Assembly (NCBI GenBank): GCA_016703335.1
Contig: JADJCG010000020.1
Location: forward strand, 14,981-78,980
DNA from: Caulobacteraceae bacterium
GTDB taxonomy: Bacteria; Pseudomonadota; Alphaproteobacteria; Caulobacterales; Aquidulcibacteraceae
Reading direction: 5' to 3'
DNA length: 64,000 nt
This document shows, piece by piece, positions 53,912 through 64,000 of this stretch (its first letter is position 1; each line of letters opens with the position of its first letter). The notes under the pieces are model-generated. The model searched no databases. It saw nothing but the letters and a program-made list of their open reading frames with translations, and was not told the origin of the DNA. Position numbers and translations under genes: made by a program.

Positions 53912-54664
53912 TCATACGCGCTTACGGGCCTCGGCGACACGATCCTGTAAGTGCGGCAGGCTTGGCCAACGGCGGGCGGCGTCCTCGTACACGCCGCGCG
54001 CGTCGGCCTTGCGTCCGAGCGCTTCGAGCGCCGCGCCGCGGTTCATAAAGAGCACCGGCAGGTCGATGCCTTGCGCGATCAAGCTATCGAAGATCGCAAG
54101 AGCTTCCTGCGGTCGGTTCAGCATCATCAGGGCCGCAGCCTTTGCATGCTGTGCGTTAGGATCTTGTCCAGCTAGGCGTAGAGCGTTCTCAGCCGCAACG
54201 AGCGCCTCCTGCCCCTTGCCTTGCGCGCGCAGTGCGTTCGAGAGCGATTCCAATGATGCGGCGGACACCGGCCCTTGTTGCGCAGCACGTTCGGCGTCCG
54301 CGAAGCGCTCTAGGCGATACAAGCTTTGCGAGATGGCGACGTTGAGATCCGGCCAGTTCGGATCAATAGACGCTGCGCGCGTGTAAGCTTCCAGAGCGCC
54401 GGTGTCGTTGCGTTGCTGCGAGAGAATGTGGCCAAGCGCAATGTTGTGACGGAGCGAATTCGGCTCCGCATTCAAGGCGCCGCGCATGAGTTGCTCGGCT
54501 TCTTGTACGCGCCCCTGCGCCATGCGGACGCTCGCCATGAGATGCTGTGCATCGCCCGGGGCGCGCGTGATGTCAGACCATGCTTGGGTGAGGATACGCT
54601 CCGCGCCGGCGGCGTCACCTCTGTTGAGGGCAAATTCCGCTTGGTCGAGGGTGTCAGCGCTCAT
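53912..54664 (-). CDS. Tetratricopeptide repeat protein
   Basis: Repeated ~34-aa Ala-rich helices ending in DP/EP. Confidence 0.85.
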   Translation of the reverse strand: MSADTLDQAEFALNRGDAAGAERILTQAWSDITRAPGDAQHLMASVRMAQGRVQEAEQLMRGALNAEPNSLRHNIALGHILSQQRNDTGALEAYTRAASIDPNWPDLNVAISQSLYRLERFADAERAAQQGPVSAASLESLSNALRAQGKGQEALVAAENALRLAGQDPNAQHAKAAALMMLNRPQEALAIFDSLIAQGIDLPVLFMNRGAALEALGRKADARGVYEDAARRWPSLPHLQDRVAEARKRV

Positions 54665-54721
54665 CTCATCACTCCGTGGCGTTCGTTTGCAGCATCAGGC
54701 CGGTCGGTTCAAGCTCGCGCG

Positions 54722-56206
54722 TCACGCCGGGACGACATCGAATGGAGCGGTGAGCCGCTCGCCTTGCGAGAACGGTATGGTGCCGTGCCACATGTATGAA
54801 GGGAAAAGCACGAGGCGGCCCTCTTTCGGCTGCACGATCTTTTCCGCCGTGCAATGCGGTAGCGGCCAGCGTGGCTCGCCGAACTTGATCCAGCCTTCCT
54901 GACCGACGCCGGTTTTGGTCACCTCCGGCAGCGAGACGTAATAGGCGGAGCTGATCCACCCGGCCGGGTGCAGGTGGTTCACGTGATAGCCGTTGGGCTT
55001 GAGTTTCACTGACCAGCTACCTGAGAGTTTGAAGGCGCCGGTCCTGCGCCCGCTCCAAGGATGATCGGGCTTCTGCATTGACGCGATGTAGGTCTGGATC
55101 GGCGCTTCAAGCGCTTTTAGATATTGTTTGATGATCGGATCATCGACGGCGAGCAGACTACGCGTTGTCTGCGAGCCATGGCGGAGCGATTGATCGAGCG
55201 GATGCGTTTCGAGCACATGCAAGCGCTCTAAACTCTCACGCAGCGCCGCGTTGAACTCGGATATGTTCGCAAAGCCGCTCGGGGCCTCGAGATCGAATGG
55301 CTGCACCATGAGATCGTAGTCGTAAAGTTCGTGGTAGCGCGCATCGCCGACTTGGCGATACGCCATGGCTTGATACGCGATCCACTCGCCATGCAGCGGT
55401 TGCGCGGCGAGCAATGGCGCAAGTTCGCGCAACGCTTCGTCGCCGCGTCCAAGCCGCAACAGCGCCCACACCATATTGCCCCGTACGAACGGCACTTGCG
55501 GCGCATCGATCACAGCGGCGCGCAGCAGCGGCACTCCTTCCTCCGTGCGTCCCATTTCGTCAAGCAGCACGCCGAGTGCGCCTTGCAGAGGCCCATTGGC
55601 CGGTTGGCGTCGCAGACCTTCGCGCAGGACCGGTTCGGCCCGCGCGTGAAGATCGGCGCGGCGGAGCAAATCGGCGTAGCCAATGCGCAGACGCAGCGAG
55701 TCCGGTTGGCGTTGGAGCGCTGCTTCGTAGTCGCGCGCGAAATCATCGCCGCCGCTGCGCATCCAGCGCGTGCTAGCGAGCGCGTTTTGCAGCCCTTGAT
55801 CCTGTGGCCAGCGATTTACGCCGTCTGCCAACGCTGCTTCCGCCTCGGCGTCGCGAGTGAGCCCTAAAAGCGCCATGCCGCGATTGAGCCAGAGCGGTGG
55901 TTGCGTCACGCCGCGCGCGATCAGCGCGTCGTAGATCGGAAGTGCTTCGCCGAAGCGGCCCAGGCGACCAAGAATGAACGCGCGACTATGCAGCGCCGCA
56001 ACGCTTTGGGGATCGTGCGCGACGGCTTGCTCCGCCGCGACAAGGGCGTCTTCCAATCGGTCTTGGGCGCGAAGCGTGCTGGCTAACAACTCAAGCGTTT
56101 CGGCACTGGGCGTCTGCGCCGTCAACGCGCGCGCGATCTGCTCTGCGCCGCGAAAATCACCGCTTTGCAGTGCGGCGCGAGCTTGCTTGATCACCTCTGC
56201 GCTCAT
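54722..56206 (-). CDS. TPR repeats + putative 2OG-Fe(II) oxygenase
   Basis: N-terminal TPRs; C-terminal NHLHPAGWISSAYY ... LVLFPSYMWHGT.PF...RLT..FD. Confidence 0.85.
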   Translation of the reverse strand: MSAEVIKQARAALQSGDFRGAEQIARALTAQTPSAETLELLASTLRAQDRLEDALVAAEQAVAHDPQSVAALHSRAFILGRLGRFGEALPIYDALIARGVTQPPLWLNRGMALLGLTRDAEAEAALADGVNRWPQDQGLQNALASTRWMRSGGDDFARDYEAALQRQPDSLRLRIGYADLLRRADLHARAEPVLREGLRRQPANGPLQGALGVLLDEMGRTEEGVPLLRAAVIDAPQVPFVRGNMVWALLRLGRGDEALRELAPLLAAQPLHGEWIAYQAMAYRQVGDARYHELYDYDLMVQPFDLEAPSGFANISEFNAALRESLERLHVLETHPLDQSLRHGSQTTRSLLAVDDPIIKQYLKALEAPIQTYIASMQKPDHPWSGRRTGAFKLSGSWSVKLKPNGYHVNHLHPAGWISSAYYVSLPEVTKTGVGQEGWIKFGEPRWPLPHCTAEKIVQPKEGRLVLFPSYMWHGTIPFSQGERLTAPFDVVPA

Positions 56207-56919
56207 GTCTGCAGCGCTTCAAGATAGCGTGCGATGGCGCCCCACTCGGCGCGCTGGCGATCAAGCCGAGTGCGGGCCTCGGCATCCTCGCCCCACTTTT
56301 CGAGGCCCCAGAGATTGTCGAGCACTGCGGCTTCGAAAGCCTGCTGCGGCGTCAACGCTCCGCGCGTGAACGCAAAGCCAATCAGCACTGATCCAGCCAA
56401 ACCTGTCGCTTGTGACAGCGCTGTCAGACGAAAATCATCCAGGTCCGCAGCGTGCGCGCGCAGCCGAGACAATACCTCTGCATCGACGCGAGCGGCGATG
56501 ATGCCTTCAACGACCGGAAGTTTTACGCCAAGCCCGTCCTCAGCCCAGCGCACGATTGGGTCCCAGAATTCGGCCTGTTTCGCCGCAAGTTCGACTGGCG
56601 ATGACGCTCTGTGGCAGCACAGATCGGTTTCGCCGAAGCCGGCGATGTAATCGTGCAACTGCTCGCGACCTTTCATCGTGGAGTCGAACGTCGCGAACGC
56701 AAGCTGACTCGCCGGCATGGACGCAGGCACGATGAACTCGCCCTGCGTATCCCACTCGTCGGCGCACAATTGAGCAAGCGAGCGCGTGGGCGCAACGAAC
56801 ACTGCGCCGCCGGGTGTCCGCAGCGTGCGTTCGTCCAACGCGACGCCAAAGCCGCCATCGCGTTCGACAACGCTGGCAGTTGTGTAGAAACGGCTAGGCA
56901 ATGCTGGGGCGTCAGTCAC
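56203..56919 (-). CDS. ATP12-family F1-ATPase chaperone
   Basis: RFY, LD.R.LRTP, EW..Q, TDLCCHRA, WGED.EA. Confidence 0.9.
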   Translation of the reverse strand: MTDAPALPSRFYTTASVVERDGGFGVALDERTLRTPGGAVFVAPTRSLAQLCADEWDTQGEFIVPASMPASQLAFATFDSTMKGREQLHDYIAGFGETDLCCHRASSPVELAAKQAEFWDPIVRWAEDGLGVKLPVVEGIIAARVDAEVLSRLRAHAADLDDFRLTALSQATGLAGSVLIGFAFTRGALTPQQAFEAAVLDNLWGLEKWGEDAEARTRLDRQRAEWGAIARYLEALQT

Positions 56920-56943
56920 GGGTTTAGTTCTAGCGGAAATTCA

Positions 56944-58742
56944 TCAACTGGGCACAAGGTCGAACGCCATGCTGAGGCGTTCTGAGCCTTCGAACGGCAC
57001 AGTCCCGTGCCACATGTACGAAGGAAACAGCACGAGCAAGCCTGGGTGCGGCTCGACGAACTTCTCTGGACCGCAACCGGCGGGAGGCCGATTTGGCTCG
57101 CCGAACTTAAGCCAGCCAGCGCGTGGGTCTTTCGGCCGCTCACCCGGCATCACCGAGACACAATACGCCGAGCTGATCCAACCGCGGTCGTGAACATGGT
57201 TCGGCTGATAGCCGCCATCCGTCAGACGCACCGACCAGAGGCCGCTATAGCGCGAATGCTTGGCGCGCCGCGCGCCAACGGGATCGTTCTCGGCCAAACG
57301 CCCGACATAGTCGCGCACGGCGACATCCATCGCCGCGAGGAAGTGCTTGATCACTGGCTCATCGAGCGTGAGCAAACTACGGCTCGTCTGTGAACCGTTC
57401 GGGATGTACTGATCGAGCGGGTGCGCGTTGGTCTTGTGCTGGGTGCGGAGCAACACAGCGAGGCCAGCGTTGAAAGCTTCGGTCGTGAAGAAGCCCTGCG
57501 GCGGTGGAATTTCGTAGGTGCGCACCATGCGCTCGTAATCGCACCAGAGGCGATACTCAGGATGGTTGAGCATGCGCATCGCAGTCGTCGCGCAGGCGAT
57601 TAGGTACTGTTCGTGTGGTTGCTCGGCCCGCAATTCATTCACGATGCGCAGCACTTCTTCCGGCTGGCCCGCGCGCAGCAGGGTCGACAGCAGGTTGCGC
57701 TGTGCGGCCCGCGATGGCGCGACTTCAGCGGCGCGACGAAGCACTCTTAGTCCATCGAGCGGCCGATCAAGTTCATCCAACACCACGCCCATAGCCGTCA
57801 GCAGCGCTGGTGAGTCTGGAGCGAGACGCAACGCTTCATCCAGAACGTTGAGCGCTTTCGTGTTATGCCCGCCACGATGCAGCGCATCGGCACACGCCAG
57901 ACGCAAGGCCAAGTCTCCGGGCCGCGCTTGGATCGCCGCTTCGTTGGCCGCGACGCTTTTCTCGCCCTGCCCGACCAACCAGCGAATGCGCGAAAGCGCG
58001 CCATGCAGCGCCGAGACGTTCGGCCACATCGTGACGGCGTGTTCGGCCACGGCTTCAGCGTCCTTCTTGCGCCCTTCGACATAAAGCGCGCGGGCGTAGT
58101 TCAACGCGAGGTCCGGAGTATCGAGTTCTTGCTTTGCGAGCTTCTCGAACACGCCAAGCGCCTCGGTTGTGCGCCCCACCTTCTCGAGCGCCGCAGCAAA
58201 GTTGTAGCGAAGGCCGCGCAAGTTCGGCCCGTAGCGCAGCGCTGCCTCGGCCGTCGCCAGCGCATCCTGATTGCGGTCCTGCGCTTGCTGCACTGTACCG
58301 AGTAGCGTCAGGCTTTCGGCCCCTGGCGCAATCGCTACGTACTCGCGGGCCTCACGTTCAGCTTCGCTGAGTTCGTTCATAGCCAGATGGCAGCGCACGA
58401 TGTTGACGCGCACCATCAAAAATCAGGCGCGAGCGCGGCGGCGGCTCTGAAGATTTTGATCGCTTCACCATAGGCGCCGCGCGCCTGCAGGACGAGACCC
58501 AGTTCGTTGTAATACTGGCCGGCCTTGAGATCGTGCGCGATCGCGGCGCGGAAATAGCGCTCGGCCTCCGCGAGTTGGCCTTGCGCCTTTTTGATCTGCC
58601 CCATCAGGTGCTGAACCGGCGCGTCGGCTTTGAACTGATGAATGATCGGCGCGAGGATACGCTCGGCGCCCACCGCATCGTTCTGATTCATAAGCTCCCG
58701 CGCGGCGTTGACGAAAGCATCTGCTTCCAACGCACCCTTCAT
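56944..58742 (-). CDS. TPR repeats + putative 2OG-Fe(II) oxygenase (split at ~58418)
   Basis: TPRs; NHVHDRGWISSAY ... LFPSYMWHGTVPF...RLSMAFD; break falls in a T-run. Confidence 0.82.
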
Positions 58743-59734
58743 CGCGTCCCCTCGAACGGCGCGAATGGATCTTTCATGTCGCTTTCTTCGAAGCCAAGTG
58801 TGTTGAACGCGGCCTTAAAGTGGCCCGTCAGCTTCGCGATGACTTTGAGTTCGCCGCCGGAGGGATGCGGCATCCGGATTGCGCGGGCGTGGAGCAGCAG
58901 TGAGCCGCCCAAATCATTGAGGGTCGGCCGATCGCATTTGTATTTTGGATCACCGGCAATGGCATGACCCATCTCAGCCATATGGAAGCGCAATTGGTGC
59001 GTCCGCCCGGTGACGGGCCGCAACGCGACCCACGTCGCGCGCTGCGCAGCTTCGGATACGACGGCGTACTGCGTGATCGCATGCACAGCGCCTTCTTCGG
59101 TCTGCAACGCTCTCACCATCATCTCGCGGTCGGCATCACGCGGTCCCGGCGCCTTGCGAATCCATGAGCGCAGCTCGCCAACCTTCGGACGCGGTGACCC
59201 GACCACGATAGCCCAGTAGATTTTGTCGGTATCGCGATCTCGGAATGCTTCGGCGAGAAACGCCGCCGCGCGGGGATGGCGCGCGAGCACCAAGCATCCC
59301 GACGTATCGCGGTCCAATCGATGGACCAGCTTTGGCTTCTTGTCGGCGTCGAACTTCAGGCCTTCCATCAAGAGATCGAGATGGCGCGGCGTCTTAGCGC
59401 CGCCTTGCACCGCCAGGCCGTGCGGCTTGTTCAAAACGATCACATCGTTGTCGCGATGGATCACCAGCGAGCGGACGTATTCTTCGTCCTTTTCAGACAG
59501 AGCATTCGGATCGCGTCGCGCTGGCGCGTCTGGCAGCGGCGGAATGCGGACGCTCTGCCCCGGCGCCAAGCGATCGGAGGCCTTCACGCGCGCGCCATCG
59601 ACGCGCACTTGGCCAGTGCGCAGGAGCTTTTCAACCTGCCCCTGTGTCAGTTGCGGAAAGCGGCGGCGCAGCCAGCGGTCTACCCGCGGCTCACCATCGT
59701 CATGACCGACCTCGACGGTCTCAACCGTCTTCAT
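58739..59734 (-). CDS. rluC: RluA-family pseudouridine synthase with S4 domain (RluC-like)
   Basis: S4 domain, NKP.GL.VQGG, HRLDRDTSG, GRTHQLR. Confidence 0.85.
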   Translation of the reverse strand: MKTVETVEVGHDDGEPRVDRWLRRRFPQLTQGQVEKLLRTGQVRVDGARVKASDRLAPGQSVRIPPLPDAPARRDPNALSEKDEEYVRSLVIHRDNDVIVLNKPHGLAVQGGAKTPRHLDLLMEGLKFDADKKPKLVHRLDRDTSGCLVLARHPRAAAFLAEAFRDRDTDKIYWAIVVGSPRPKVGELRSWIRKAPGPRDADREMMVRALQTEEGAVHAITQYAVVSEAAQRATWVALRPVTGRTHQLRFHMAEMGHAIAGDPKYKCDRPTLNDLGGSLLLHARAIRMPHPSGGELKVIAKLTGHFKAAFNTLGFEESDMKDPFAPFEGTR

Positions 59735-60090
59735 GCGCGCCCCAAACTCAATCCCACCCAACAGGCGCCGACGCTCAGCACCACCGAAGCAGCGGCATAA
59801 AGCATAGCGAGGCCGGGTTGATGCTCCATGAGGCGCACCGTCTCCAGCGAAAACGCCGAAAACGTGGTGAAACCGCCCAGGACACCCACGCCAAGGGCAA
59901 GCCGGAGCGCTTCCTGGTCAGGGCCAGTGCGCGCCGCCAGCAGCCCCATGGCGAGGCCGCCAACGACATTCACGGCTAGAGTGCCCCACGGGAACGCCAA
60001 GCCGAACAGACGCGCGGCGCCCATCCCGACGCCGTAGCGCGCCATGGCGCCCACAGCGCCGCCAAACGCCACCAGCAGCAGATTCATCAT
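59731..60090 (-). CDS. crcB: Fluoride efflux channel
   Basis: GGA.GA.ARY, FPWGTL.VN, GGFTTFS. Confidence 0.95.
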   Translation of the reverse strand: MMNLLLVAFGGAVGAMARYGVGMGAARLFGLAFPWGTLAVNVVGGLAMGLLAARTGPDQEALRLALGVGVLGGFTTFSAFSLETVRLMEHQPGLAMLYAAASVVLSVGACWVGLSLGRA

Positions 60091-60614
60091 CCGGTGGTCG
60101 ATATCCGAGCCCGTATGGCCTGCTGCGCAGAGCGCGCATCGTAAGCGTTCGGATCATCGGGCTTGGCGCCTTCACCGAAGCGTATCTCGTAAGTCGCGCC
60201 GCGCGCCCAGCCGCCGCTCTGGTTTTGTTGGCCCAGTGGGAAGGTCATCCCGACACCGACGCTTGCGCCGCTATGACGGCCATAGCTGCCGCCGCCAACG
60301 CCGATACCGATGCTAGGACCACGCGAGCGGCCATCCTCTTGCCGATCGTACGTGCGCCGATCGACCCAGAACCATTCGCGACCGTTCTGCAGCGTGAGTT
60401 CGGACGCACGCAGCAACGCGTAGTCTTCCAAGCGCGCGACATCGGCGCCGCCCGGCGCGCGATAGGTCACGAAGTAACGCGTGGATTCAATTTGCGTCTC
60501 TGAGTAGCCGGCGCTTGTGGGAGACGTTGCGGCCCCATAGGGCGGCGCGGTTGGCGTGCTAGCGCAGGCAGCCAACATCAGGGCCGCTGCGGCTAGGGTC
60601 AGAACTCGGATCAT
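60087..60614 (-). CDS. Lipoprotein (CC0125/CC1285-like)
   Basis: LAAC lipobox, GYSETQIE..RY.V.Y, ALLRA.ELTL..G..WF, AYDA. Confidence 0.75.
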   Translation of the reverse strand: MIRVLTLAAAALMLAACASTPTAPPYGAATSPTSAGYSETQIESTRYFVTYRAPGGADVARLEDYALLRASELTLQNGREWFWVDRRTYDRQEDGRSRGPSIGIGVGGGSYGRHSGASVGVGMTFPLGQQNQSGGWARGATYEIRFGEGAKPDDPNAYDARSAQQAIRARISTTG

Positions 60615-60658
60615 GGCTCGTTCCTCTGGAATCCCTCGCAGTCAGTCTAGCAGGTATC

Positions 60659-61378
60659 TCAGGAGGTAGGCGCCTCAAGCCCCAGTGATCGCGCGAGATC
60701 GCTAAATTCCGGCGGCGGAGGCGCAACGAAGGTCCGGCGTGCGCCGTCCGGGTGGGGCACACCGAGCTTGGCGGCGTGCAGCATCAGACGAGGAATATCA
60801 GCCCCGCCAATACGATAGAGACCGCCATACTTTCCATCTCCTGCGATCGGGTGGCCGAGCGCGGCCATATGCGCCCGGAGCTGGTGCATGCGCCCGGTCT
60901 CCGGTTGAAGTTCCACGAGGGCCGCCTCGGGCGTTGCTGCCAATGTCCGGTACCGCGTTAGCGCTGTCTGACCGTCGCCCGCGACCTCCATAATGTCGAG
61001 ACCGCGGCGCGATGACTTCTTGAGCGCCAGTGCGACATCACCAGTTTCCGGCGAGGGCGCGCCGCCGCAGACGATCGCGAGGTAGGTCTTCTTCACATCG
61101 CGGCCAGCGAAGGCGCCGGAGAAGAACGCCGCCGCAGGCTTTGTCCGCGCCGCGATGATGATGCCGGAGGTGTCACGGTCGAGGCGATGCACGAGGCGCG
61201 GCTGCTTGCCGTTGGACTTTGCAAACGCCCCTAACAAGTCCTCGAGGCTGCGCGTTACGCCCGAGCCGCCCTGCACCGCCAAGCCTGACGGCTTATTGAA
61301 AGCGATCAGCGTTGCGTCCTCGTCAATAACGAGCGAACGCGCAAATGCTGCGTCTTCCGGTGAGATCGGTCGCGTCAT
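60659..61378 (-). CDS. RluA-family pseudouridine synthase (no S4 domain)
   Basis: NKPSGLAVQGG, HRLDRDTSG, GRMHQLR. Confidence 0.9.
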   Translation of the reverse strand: MTRPISPEDAAFARSLVIDEDATLIAFNKPSGLAVQGGSGVTRSLEDLLGAFAKSNGKQPRLVHRLDRDTSGIIIAARTKPAAAFFSGAFAGRDVKKTYLAIVCGGAPSPETGDVALALKKSSRRGLDIMEVAGDGQTALTRYRTLAATPEAALVELQPETGRMHQLRAHMAALGHPIAGDGKYGGLYRIGGADIPRLMLHAAKLGVPHPDGARRTFVAPPPPEFSDLARSLGLEAPTS

Positions 61379-61417
61379 CGTTCTGCTTCAACTCGCGGGT
61401 TCAAGCGAAAAGATCGC

Positions 61418-63510
61418 TCAGTGCGCCTCCGCTTCTGGCGCGACGACGCCGGTGCGCGCATCCGGCAACGGCGGGCCGCCATGTTCTGCGAACCACGCCA
61501 ACGTGTTGCGCACCTTCGCGATCATGCCGGTGGGCGGAACGCGATGTCGTGCGGCGCACCTGGGATGCGGATAAGCCGTGTCGGCACGTGCCGCAAGCGG
61601 AGCGCCGTGTAGTATTGCTCCGCCTCGCTGGCTGGCGTGCGGTGGTCTTCATCACCCACCATGACTGCCGTCGGCGTCGAGACATTGCCTACGCGCGAGA
61701 GCGGCGAGCGCGCCCAATAGCGTTCCTGCGCGCCTTCTTCCCACGGCATCTCGCCGAACCAATAGGGTGCAAAGAAGTTCGTCGCATCCGAGGTGAGCAC
61801 AAAGCTCGTCCAGTTGATTACGGGCTTCTGCACCATCGCCGCCGCGAAGCGATCCGTGGTGCCGACGATCCACGCCGTCAGCACACCGCCGCCCGAACCC
61901 CCGGTCACGAACAAGCGCTCTGAATCGATGTTGCCACGCGCGATGACGGCGTCGACGACGGTCATCAGGTCGTCATAGTCCTGGCTCGGATAATTGTGGT
62001 GGATGAGATTGCCGAACTCGCCGCCATACGACGTCGACCCACGCGGGTTCGAGTAAACCACGATGTACCCAGCCGCCGCATACATCTGCACCTCCGCCGA
62101 GAACACTGGTCCGTAAGCCGTGAACGGTCCGCCGTGAATTTCGAGCAGCATCGGGTACTGTCGCGACGGATCGAAATCCGGCGGCCGCACGATCCACGCA
62201 TCAACCGGCCGTTGATCTGCGGTCGACGGCACGCGGATGTGTTCGGCGGTGGCGATGGTCTTGCCGGTGAACAGATCTTCGTTCAACGCGGTGAGATGGC
62301 GTCCGCTTGAGATCATGAGGTCACTTGGTCGGGTTGGCGACGTCACCGTTGCCACGTAGCGGCCGCTTGCGTTCACAGAGTACGAGCCACTCGTGTACGG
62401 GCGCCCGAGATCAGTGCCGCCGATATTGGTCAGCACCGTCGTGACGCGCCCACCGTTTGGGCCGACGCGGCCGAGCTTGGTCATACCTTGATCGTCGAAC
62501 AGGAAGTAGATGGCGCCATCGCCCGCCCATTGCGGATCGACGACGTCGCGATCGAGCGAGGCGGTGATTGAGCGCGGATTCGAGCCGTCAGCGTTGGCGA
62601 CGTAGAGTTCGCTGACTTGATAGCCTTGGCGGCGATCGTCGAAACCGACGTATGCGATGCGGCGTCCATCCGGCGAAACCACTGGGTTGTTTTCTGGCCC
62701 GTCGCGGGTCGTCAGTCGCGTGACCGCGCCAGAGGTGATGTCGAGCGAGTAGATGTCCGCTTCAACCGGATCGTACTCCCAGCCGTCTTCAGCGTTGGCA
62801 GAGAAGTAAAGCGTGCGCCCGTTCGGGCTCCACGACAGCCGGCCATCGTGATTGCGCGCTTGGTACGTGAGCTGACGCGGCGTACCGCCATCGGCCGGCA
62901 CGACGAAGATTTGCGCATACCCGTTCGGCAAATACCCTTCGCCGTCGGCGCGGTACACAACGCCATTGATGACGCGCGCTGGCCCAGCCCAATCCGAGCC
63001 TTCGGGCTGAGGCGGCATGGCAGCCGGATCATCGCTGCCTTCCTCGACGAAACTTTGGAACGCGAGCGTCCGACCATCCGGCGACCACGTGAGATTGCCG
63101 GCGCCGGCGGGCACGCGTGTGATCGTCGCCGAACGCTGAGTGTCGAGGTAGAAGATGCGCACTTCGGCGCCGCTTTCTTCGTTGGCCACGTACGCGATCG
63201 CACGTCCGTTCGGCGCCCATACGGGCGAACCGTACCCACCCGCGCCTTGCACCAACGGGCGATGGTTGGCGCCGTTCGCATCAACAAGCCAGATCGAGCG
63301 GCGAAAGCGATCGCTCATCACATCAGCCGTCACGCGCACGTACGCGACCCCGCGGCCATCCGGTGAGATTTGTGGATTGTCGGCGTATTCAAGATCGAAG
63401 GCGTCTGATGCAACGAAGGTGTGCGGGCGTTCGCGTGGGGGCTCGCTCTGCGCAAATGCGGCAGAAGCAAAAGCCAACGTAGCCGCGATCGCGGCAAAGC
63501 GGATGAACAT
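61418..63510 (-). CDS. Secreted S9-family (acylaminoacyl/dipeptidyl) peptidase; frameshift ~61530
   Basis: Signal peptide, PD40-like propeller repeats, HGGP, GGSGGG, D.RTP, GAPH. Confidence 0.92.
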
Positions 63511-63588
63511 CGAGCGCCCCTTTTCAGCGCGAGACTAGCTCTCAGCGGCGGCGCTCGGAAGTCTCTCTCTCCGGATTGGCGAGTGCGA

Positions 63589-64000
63589 TCACTCTTCTTC
63601 GGCGCGCTCGGCGCGCACTTTGGCCCAGTGCTCCAGCCGCTCTTTGATCGCGCCTTCGCGACCGCGGCCTTCGGGCGCGTAGAACCGTCGGCGCTTCATC
63701 TCGTCGGGGAAGTAGTTCTGCCGGAGAAGCCGCCCTCGGCGTCATGGTCGTAGGAATAGCCCGAGCCGTACCCCAACTCCTTCATGAGCTTGGTCGGCGC
63801 GTTGCGGATATGCATGGGCGGACCGAGCGTGCCCGTATCGTGCGCGGCCTGCTTGGCTTGCTTCCATGCGGTGTATGCGGCGTTGGATTTTGGTGCCGTC
63901 GCGAGATGGATCACTGCTTGCGCTAAGTGCAACTCTGCCTCCGGCGGGCCGATGAAGTGCACGGCATCCTTCGCGGCGTTCGCAATCAGCAGCGCCGTTG
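63589..64000 (-). CDS. rarA: Replication-associated recombination protein A (3' part; frameshift ~63720)
   Basis: G.PE..L.LAQAVI.LA.APKSNA.Y, HIRNAPTKLMKELGYG.GY.YDHD. Confidence 0.93.

Overview
GC-rich alphaproteobacterial chromosomal segment. Gene content and order suggest Caulobacterales/Hyphomonadaceae, which is an inference. It is mostly housekeeping: glnB-glnA, parE, a DEAD-box helicase, an iscR-iscS-sufBCDS-sufT-sufA cluster, lysC-ptsP-rodZ-like-ispG-prfA-prmC-DUF4167, ubiG, hemN, grxC-comF, coq7, tRNA-Leu(CAA), folE, gshB, class II DAHP synthase, msrB, an ATE/Bpt transferase, pccB and rarA-...-crcB-rluC-ATP12. Many genes, including normally essential ones (parE, prfA, ispG), have small-indel frameshifts, most likely consensus errors. 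No CRISPR array, integrase or transposase was seen. Best candidates for undescribed biology: (1) a two-gene unit encoding a TIR-like domain fused to a ParA/Soj ATPase plus a coupled small basic protein (44874-46555); (2) an ~870-bp intergenic region (50878-51759) holding a ~330-nt multi-branched minus-strand structured RNA candidate, a probable diverged tandem copy and a 13-bp direct repeat; (3) a cluster of TPR-2OG-Fe(II) oxygenase paralogs around ATP12; (4) a tiny protein resembling sigma region 2; (5) a C-terminal PAFLR motif shared by two proteins with disordered tails.
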